Assembly (NCBI GenBank): GCA_964583685.1
Contig: CAZOVJ010000002.1
Span: 45,055 to 109,054 of the forward strand
Length of the DNA: 64,000 bases
DNA from: an uncultured Gammaproteobacteria bacterium
GTDB taxonomy: Bacteria > Patescibacteriota > Microgenomatia > UBA8517
Reading direction: 5' to 3'
Shown one piece after another: positions 58,191-64,000 of the stretch; position 1 is the first letter of the stretch, and the number at the start of each line of letters is the position of its first letter. The notes beneath the pieces were generated by a model, which did no database searches, was not told the origin of the DNA, and saw nothing but the letters and a program-made list of their open reading frames with translations. Made by a program: the position numbers and the translations under genes.

Positions 58191-58576
58191 GGCTCTGGAG
58201 GATAGTAAGCCAGATTCTGTTTTAGTCCCGCCTGACGGCAGGTAGGTAATCATCTGTCTATGCCCTCACCTTGGGACGTTCCCCTCGCTGAGCGAGGAGA
58301 GTCGGGAAGGCATCCTAATGACGTCCCGGTCGGAGGTTGCAGCAGGGAGGATTGCCTCTTTTCACCCTCTTCCCTAATACCGTTAGGTATTAGGATGAGT
58401 CGTAGTCTCTGTGGCTCTAACTAGCGGTTACCCGTGTCCGATGTAAATCGGACCACCCTGCCTTCTGCTGTCTGGACTTTCCTCCCCGCCTAATTTTTGC
58501 CTTTCGCCTTTAAGTACTATTCGTACACGGCTCTAGGCGCAAATTTTGGCGGAGCGATTACCCCTCCTCCAGAGTA
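58191..58576 (-). ncRNA. rnpB: RNase P RNA (bacterial type A)
   Basis: The reverse complement contains GGGGAGGAAAGTCCAGAC (P4 5' strand), CAGGGTGG, GGTAACCGC, AGGGTGAAAAG and ACAGAATCTGGCTTAC (P4 3' strand). P1 pairs CTCTGGAGG with CCTCCAGAG. The region is GC-rich and the ORF track covers it only with short overlapping ORFs on both strands. Confidence 0.8.
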
Positions 58577-58581
58577 AGCGT

Positions 58582-58587
58582 ATTATA
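58582..58587 (-). promoter_or_regulatory. Candidate -10 box (TATAAT) of rnpB
   Basis: TATAAT on the minus strand, 6-7 nt upstream of the inferred P1 5' end. Confidence 0.4.
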
Positions 58588-58619
58588 GCAAAAAGAAGCA
58601 AATTTTTCCAGTCAGTGAA

Positions 58620-59600
58620 CTATCTGGGAGAAACTAGCTCTTTCGAGGCCACCTGAAGGCTAATCAATATGGGCACAGAGAGAATTGCACCAATAATACC
58701 GGCAATTTTAAAACCAATAATCAAGGATAAAAGGGTAATTAAAGGACTAATGCCAGCAGACTTTTGCATCACCTTTGGAACGAGAAAATAATTTTCTAAT
58801 TGTTGAATTAAAAATGCCCAAGCTGTAACTGCCAAGCCCATTACTGGTGAAATTCCAAAACCAACAATTACCGCCGGTATGGCAGCAAGAGTTGGACCAA
58901 GCAGGGGAACAATTTCCAATATTCCTGCCAAAAGGGCCAGGGCCAAAGCATAAGGTATCCCAAGAATGATAAAACCCACATAGCTTGTCATCCCAACCGT
59001 AAGCATCAATATCAACTGACCCCGTACCCAACCGCCCAATTTTATCTCTAATTGGTCTATGAATCGGCCAATCCTCTTGCTTATATTTTGCCTATTGCCA
59101 AAAAGGACACTCAATTGATCGTCCAATTTGTCTCTGACCAAGAGAAGATAAAAAGCAAAAACAAAAATCGTAAAAAGACTGAAGATATTGGAAAATATCG
59201 ACATACCTACCCTCAATATTTGACTAGGAAGATTAGCAAGCTGTGAAGTAAGTTCTCTGGTAATCTCTTGGCTTACAAAAAAGGGGAGGTCTATTTGATT
59301 CAAATAATTGGTCAAATTGAGAATAAAATTACTTGTCTGCTCTATAAAAGTAGGAATTATCCCGGCTATAACAGAAGTCAAAAAAACAAAAATCAACAAA
59401 TAAATAAGTAAAATTGATACAGCCCTGGGAATCTTAACTTTAGAGAGTTTAGAAACTAGAGGATTAAAAATTGACATGATTAAGAGGGCAAGAAAAAGTT
59501 GGAAGAGAACATCTCGTATAAAATAGATGAACCAAACGGCAATCAAAAAGAAGACACTAAAAATAATTGTTTTATGAGAAATCTCAATTTTTCTAGGCAT
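58620..59600 (-). CDS. AI-2E family transporter (UPF0118/PerM-like)
   Basis: 8-TM architecture and family-typical C-terminal region. Confidence 0.75.
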   Translation of the reverse strand: MPRKIEISHKTIIFSVFFLIAVWFIYFIRDVLFQLFLALLIMSIFNPLVSKLSKVKIPRAVSILLIYLLIFVFLTSVIAGIIPTFIEQTSNFILNLTNYLNQIDLPFFVSQEITRELTSQLANLPSQILRVGMSIFSNIFSLFTIFVFAFYLLLVRDKLDDQLSVLFGNRQNISKRIGRFIDQLEIKLGGWVRGQLILMLTVGMTSYVGFIILGIPYALALALLAGILEIVPLLGPTLAAIPAVIVGFGISPVMGLAVTAWAFLIQQLENYFLVPKVMQKSAGISPLITLLSLIIGFKIAGIIGAILSVPILISLQVASKELVSPR

Positions 59601-59606
59601 AATTAT

Positions 59607-60566
59607 CTAAGAATACCATTTTTTTAGTAATTTATCTAAGTTTTTCTGCCAGCCAATCCTGGTGATATCAAACCAATTGATTCTTTTATCACTCTTGAAC
59701 CAGGTAATCTGGCGTCGAGCATATCTCTGTTCTTCTTTTTTCCACTCACTGATAACCTGCTTCTTTGTTTTGTTGCCTTTAAAAAAACCCTTCCATTGTC
59801 GATAGCCTAAAGAGGACATTGCCTGAGAATGCCAAGAAATACCCTTCTTAAGCAATTCTTTAATCTCCCCTTCTATTCCTGCTTTGACTCTTTTCTTAAT
59901 TCTTTGGTCAATTTTTTTAAAAAGAGCCTCTTTTGAAGCAATCAGGCCAATAAACAGGGTTTCACATTTTGAAAATCCCCGAGCTTTGTCAGCTTTTACT
60001 CCTGCTTTAGCCACTTCTATTGCCCTGACTAGTCTGTGGGGGTTTTTCTTGTCTGACCGATTCATAGACCGGGCTCGAAGAGGATCTAGCTCAATCAGAA
60101 TCTCAAAAAGCTCTGAAACCTCTTTGTATTTCAGTGACTTTCTTAAGAATTCGTCTTTGACTATAGAAAGGGTTTCCAGACCATCAACCAGGGCCTTGAT
60201 ATAAAACCCTGTTCCTCCAACTAATATCGGTAATTTCCCCTGTTGCCAAACATGCTTTATAATCCGATCGGCAATTTCAACATAATGGGCAACACTAAAC
60301 TCTTCTGTCGGCCCTACCAAATCATACCCCCAAATCCTCACCCCATTTATCTTATAAAACCCTAGCTTTTTTCTCTTCCATTTGATATCTGATATTTGAT
60401 ATTTGGGATTTAGCGGTAAATCCTTACCTGTCCCTATATTCATGTCCCGATAGACCTGCCTTGAGTCAGCAGAAACAAGCTCGCCATCAAATACTTTAGC
60501 CAAATGAAGCGCCAAACTCGTCTTCCCTGTCGCCGTCGGCCCGCAAATTATAAGAAGTTTTTTCAT
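59607..60566 (-). CDS. miaA: tRNA dimethylallyltransferase
   Basis: P-loop GPTATGKTS and SADSRQVY motifs. Confidence 0.9.
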   Translation of the reverse strand: MKKLLIICGPTATGKTSLALHLAKVFDGELVSADSRQVYRDMNIGTGKDLPLNPKYQISDIKWKRKKLGFYKINGVRIWGYDLVGPTEEFSVAHYVEIADRIIKHVWQQGKLPILVGGTGFYIKALVDGLETLSIVKDEFLRKSLKYKEVSELFEILIELDPLRARSMNRSDKKNPHRLVRAIEVAKAGVKADKARGFSKCETLFIGLIASKEALFKKIDQRIKKRVKAGIEGEIKELLKKGISWHSQAMSSLGYRQWKGFFKGNKTKKQVISEWKKEEQRYARRQITWFKSDKRINWFDITRIGWQKNLDKLLKKWYS

Positions 60567-60568
60567 CT

Positions 60569-61357
60569 TTAACTCGAGGCACTGGTATAGAACCTGAGAG
60601 CAAAATTCCAGAATCTCATGGCCAGGAAAATAAGGCCCAATCCCAAGGCAAAGGACATTAAAACTCCTCCTGCTGTCACCAATCCCATTAAAGCCTTTGC
60701 CGGCAGGGTAATCATTATGGCCACCGGAATAAGATAAGTTAAGATTCCTTGTAATGGCTCTCTGTAAATATCCACCGGAAATTTGCCCAAATTAACAAAA
60801 TCCCGATAAATCAAAATGGTATTATCAATCTCCAAGGTAATTATCCCCAAGGCTAAAACCGCAATATGGAACGCGGCGGCAATCAAAAGGCCATTAATCA
60901 TCAAAAATAAGTAGAGCAAAATCTGGCCAAGATTGGGGTTCAAACTTTGGCCGAGCAGAAAAATGGCTACGATTAGAGGGGGTACAGTTATTAAATCAAT
61001 TACATCCGCTCCACCCATCAAAGACCTAAAAAGTGCACTTATCGGTTTTGTCAGAACTAGGTCAAAGTTTCCGGAAACCACGAGAGGACGAAATCGGTAT
61101 ACTTCCCGAAACAAAAATTGAGCAACAATATCAACTAAATTAAAAGTTAAAAAGAAAAACATTGTCTGATTTAAACTGTATCCGGCTAAAGCACCTGTTC
61201 CCTGGAAAAGGAAGTAGATAAAGGCCACAAAAAAAGCAAATCTTAAAATTTTCCCAAATAAAAAGATGAGCAAACTCAATCTTTGAGCAAAAACAGCCAA
61301 AAAGGCATTTTTACTCATCAGCCACCAAATTTTTAGATAATGTGAAAGTTTCTTCAT
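60569..61357 (-). CDS. ABC-2 family transporter permease
   Basis: Multi-TM protein in an operon with an ABC ATPase. Confidence 0.55.
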   Translation of the reverse strand: MKKLSHYLKIWWLMSKNAFLAVFAQRLSLLIFLFGKILRFAFFVAFIYFLFQGTGALAGYSLNQTMFFFLTFNLVDIVAQFLFREVYRFRPLVVSGNFDLVLTKPISALFRSLMGGADVIDLITVPPLIVAIFLLGQSLNPNLGQILLYLFLMINGLLIAAAFHIAVLALGIITLEIDNTILIYRDFVNLGKFPVDIYREPLQGILTYLIPVAIMITLPAKALMGLVTAGGVLMSFALGLGLIFLAMRFWNFALRFYTSASS

Positions 61358-62211
61358 CTTCCCTCAGCTCGATAAGCTTTCAGTCCTAGCCTCCATATTT
61401 GATTCATGAGAAACCAAAGAACAACTAACCAAAAAAAAGAAATTGCCAGTCCCTTTACCAGCCCTAAACCAGAAATTTTCCCTAAATAAACCTGCAAAGG
61501 GAAAAATATCAAATATGGAAATGGAGTGGCTAACAAAATGCCTTGAATTGAACTCGGTAGAATGTCAATTGGGAATAAAGCTCCTGACAAAAACTGAGCA
61601 ATAATCGCTATTACCAAAAACTGCGCTCCCCAGGCCAACTCAGGCACCCAAAAGGGTATAAAGCTAGTGATAAAAAGGATGAGAAAAAATAAAAATATAG
61701 CCAAAATTAAAGAAACCAGAAATCCGAGCAAAAAGACCAGGTTTGTTTGAAAGAAAAAGGTTGGTTTCAAAAGTAGGTAGAGAACAATAAATTCCAGAAT
61801 AGCAAAAACTAAATTAAGAGCCTTACTTGAAAGGTCTCGGGTCAGCCAGTACTTAAAATAATTTATTGGTTTTAAAAGATAATTTGTTAAATCACCACGC
61901 GAGATCTCACCGGCAACGTCTAAAGTCTTGGCCGAAAAGACAAAGGCCTTGATAATAATAATTCCGAAAACATAGGTCAAAATTCGGGCTCGGTTATAGC
62001 CAAAGGCCACTTTTGAGGGGTCTGAAAAAACCGTATCCCAAAGGAAAAAAATAAGGAAAATCTGGGTAATATTTCTTATCCGCCAGACTATGAAATTAGT
62101 TCGGTAAACCAGTTCTTCTTGCCAAGAAATCTTAAAGACGGTCAGATATTTTTTCATTAGCAGATCCCTTAAAGACTCTACGAATAATGCTCTCAATTGC
62201 TTCTTCTTCAA
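61354..62211 (-). CDS. ABC-2 family transporter permease
   Basis: Multi-TM protein; overlaps the neighbours (translational coupling). Confidence 0.55.
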   Translation of the reverse strand: MKKKQLRALFVESLRDLLMKKYLTVFKISWQEELVYRTNFIVWRIRNITQIFLIFFLWDTVFSDPSKVAFGYNRARILTYVFGIIIIKAFVFSAKTLDVAGEISRGDLTNYLLKPINYFKYWLTRDLSSKALNLVFAILEFIVLYLLLKPTFFFQTNLVFLLGFLVSLILAIFLFFLILFITSFIPFWVPELAWGAQFLVIAIIAQFLSGALFPIDILPSSIQGILLATPFPYLIFFPLQVYLGKISGLGLVKGLAISFFWLVVLWFLMNQIWRLGLKAYRAEGR

Positions 62212-63136
62212 TTGTTAAATCTACAATGGGAAAGTTTTGTAAAAGTTCTGCGGCCGCAACAGCGGCTGTTAATCGAGGAACAGAAATAATTATCTGAGGA
62301 AGCTCAATTTTCTTAATCTTTCCTATTTTTTCAATCTTCTTGTAGTCAATTCTTTTCTCAAGATATATCTTAATTATCTTCTTTCTTGCATGGCGGGCAA
62401 CAAGCTCATCTAGGAGGCCGTCAAAGAGAATTTCACCCTTATTGATAACAATCACTCTCTTTGCTAAACCAACCAGGTCATCCATATTATGAGAAGTTAA
62501 AAGAATACTCGCCTTATGACGCCTATTATAATCAAGAATAAAATCGCGCATTTTCTGCTGGCCAACCAAGTCCAAACCTATTGTCGGTTCGTCCAAGAAA
62601 AGAATTTTGGGTCGATGCAAAAGTGCGGCCACCAATTCCAATCGCATTCTTTGACCCAAAGAAAGTCTACGGACTTGAGTAGAAAGAAGCTTCTTTACCT
62701 CCAAAAGACTAACCAATTCTTCCAGGCTTTCCCTGTAAGTCTTATCCGGAATTTCATATATTGTCCGGTTCAATTCAAAGGTCTCTAGGGCAGGCAAATC
62801 CCACCAGAGCTGGTTCTTCTGTCCCATCACCAGGGCTATTTGTTTCAAAAAGCTAGACCTTCTATTCCAAGGTGTAAAACCGGCAACCTGGACAAAGCCT
62901 GAAGTTGGATAGAGAATACCGGAGAGAATCTTAAGAGTCGTTGTCTTCCCTGCACCATTCGGTCCAATAAAACCAACCAGTTCTCCTTTTTTAATCGTAA
63001 AAGAAATCTCTTTTAAAGCAGAGATTGTTTTTTTCTTGGGAAGCAAGAATGAAGAAAAAGCTCCTATTAATCCTGGTTTTTTCTCAGTAAGCTTAAAATT
63101 CTTGATCAAATGATCAACAATAATAGCCTTCTCCAT
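62132..63136 (-). CDS. ABC transporter ATP-binding protein
   Basis: Walker A GPNGAGKTT; LSGG-type signature LSLGQRMR; Walker B LFLDEP. Confidence 0.8.
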   Translation of the reverse strand: MEKAIIVDHLIKNFKLTEKKPGLIGAFSSFLLPKKKTISALKEISFTIKKGELVGFIGPNGAGKTTTLKILSGILYPTSGFVQVAGFTPWNRRSSFLKQIALVMGQKNQLWWDLPALETFELNRTIYEIPDKTYRESLEELVSLLEVKKLLSTQVRRLSLGQRMRLELVAALLHRPKILFLDEPTIGLDLVGQQKMRDFILDYNRRHKASILLTSHNMDDLVGLAKRVIVINKGEILFDGLLDELVARHARKKIIKIYLEKRIDYKKIEKIGKIKKIELPQIIISVPRLTAAVAAAELLQNFPIVDLTIEEEAIESIIRRVFKGSANEKISDRL

Positions 63137-63151
63137 ATGCCAAGTATACCA

Positions 63152-63427
63152 TCAACGGCTTACTTGTCTTTTGAGTCTTTTTCCAGAAGTAAAACGGGGT
63201 AAACGATGGGGTTTAATGGTTACAAATTTTTCACTTTTGGGAATTTTCACAGTTTTACCCTTCATGGAAATTACCCGAAATGTACCAAAACCAGAAAGTA
63301 CTACCTTTTCTCCTTTAGCCAGCACTCTGCCAATCTCATTCAAAAAAACTTCAACAGATTCCTTTGCTCCTTTTTTAGTCAGGTGCGCCTTTCGGGCTAC
63401 AAGCTCTATTAATTGCTTTTTAGTCAT
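63152..63427 (-). CDS. DNA-binding protein HU. The start is taken at MTKKQLIE (63427); the ORF track extends to 63460.
   Basis: HU/IHF fold: MTKKQLIELVA...GFGTF...KPHRLPRF. Confidence 0.8.
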   Translation of the reverse strand: MTKKQLIELVARKAHLTKKGAKESVEVFLNEIGRVLAKGEKVVLSGFGTFRVISMKGKTVKIPKSEKFVTIKPHRLPRFTSGKRLKRQVSR

Positions 63428-63475
63428 TCTAGCCTCAGAGATTAGAGGAAAATTAGCCAAAAGTCAAGTTCTTCC

Positions 63476-64000
63476 TTATTTTGCCTTGGTCGTCTCAGTC
63501 ACTCTGGTTTCTCTAATTACTGTCACCTTAATCTGTCCAGCATATTCTACCTCTTTTTCCAGCTGCTTAGCTATATCATGAGCTAAAATTGTCAATTTAT
63601 CATCGTCTATTTCATCTGGCTCAACAATCGCCCTAACATCCCGGCCTGCTTGGAAGGCCATCACCTGCTCAACACCGGGAAAGTCAGCAGCAATCTTTTC
63701 TATTCTATCCATTCGCTTAACGTACTCTTCATGAGGTTCATAGCGTGCTCCGGGCCTTGAACCGGATATGGCATCAGCTGTCCAAACAATAATCGACTCG
63801 ACTGAAGAGAAAGGTTCATCTTCATGGTGCTCGGCAACCGTAGCAATAACCTCTTTTGAAAAGCCAAAACGCTTTAAAAGAGCAACTCCCACCTCAACAT
63901 GAGTACCTTCCTCTTCGCTAATCACTTTTCCAATATCATGGAGCAGGCACCCTAAACGGACCACTTCAACTTTTGCCTTAATTTCGTTGGCAATAGCCAC
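63476..64000 (-). CDS. rny: Ribonuclease Y (C-terminal KH/HD part; the gene continues past the window end)
   Basis: HD domain LLHDIGK...HHEDEP; the ORF reaches the window edge. Confidence 0.8.
   Translation of the reverse strand: MAIANEIKAKVEVVRLGCLLHDIGKVISEEEGTHVEVGVALLKRFGFSKEVIATVAEHHEDEPFSSVESIIVWTADAISGSRPGARYEPHEEYVKRMDRIEKIAADFPGVEQVMAFQAGRDVRAIVEPDEIDDDKLTILAHDIAKQLEKEVEYAGQIKVTVIRETRVTETTKAK

Noticed and set aside
57926-58245. Small ORFs 57926-58153 (-) and 58057-58245 (+)
   Set aside because: They overlap the 5' end of a membrane-protein gene, the terminator hairpin and the rnpB 3' end; they are artefacts of GC-rich structured RNA/DNA.

Overview
The window looks like a small, low-GC (about 35-40 %) genome fragment, probably from a Candidate Phyla Radiation / Patescibacteria-type bacterium. 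The lineage call is an inference from three things: a minimalist core gene set, an archaeal-type short AspRS and short Rel, and tRNA-Gln not encoding CCA while a CCA-adding enzyme is present.

Layout:
- Left core block (1-6.9 kb): Lon N-terminus, PAP2 phosphatase, L,D-transpeptidase, DgkA, TruB, YjbQ, PgeF, an NMNAT-like enzyme, and tRNA-Gln(CUG) at 6813-6883.
- A 100-bp copy of the tRNA-Gln promoter and 5' half lies about 3.4 kb upstream (3273-3372), so the tRNA-proximal region has been rearranged or integrated.
- Accessory island, about 7.5-40.5 kb. It is mostly single-gene units separated by about 20 copies of a modular repeat family I have not seen described. The family has an L-module starting TTTTTTATACTGTCTCATTTGTCTCA, and an R-module ending GGTTCTAGACCGACCTGCTCAGC(C) that often contains 60-70-bp tandem subunits.
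- Island cargo includes:
  - a higher-GC ECF transporter + 5-formyl-THF cyclo-ligase + PRTase block;
  - three NUDIX hydrolases, two of them about 70 % identical;
  - an APH-like kinase, an ANT/AadA-like nucleotidyltransferase, a minimal nucleotidyltransferase, a P-loop kinase, an M20 peptidase and a MutS-domain-V-only ATPase;
  - two ATP-grasp ligases around a frameshifted MBL hydrolase;
  - a compact TOMM-type RiPP cluster (21973-26459): a Cys/Ser/Gly-rich precursor peptide, YcaO, SagB-type dehydrogenase and a SAM methyltransferase, bracketed by two histidine-phosphatase paralogs.
- Right core block (40.5-64 kb): GltX, D-Ala-D-Ala carboxypeptidase, YbaK, AspS, Rel, RecJ, CCA enzyme, a minus-strand RNase P RNA (58191-58576, shown as junk ORFs in the six-frame track), AI-2E transporter, MiaA, an ABC-2 transporter, HU and partial RNase Y.

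No integrase, transposase, cas gene or reverse transcriptase was seen.
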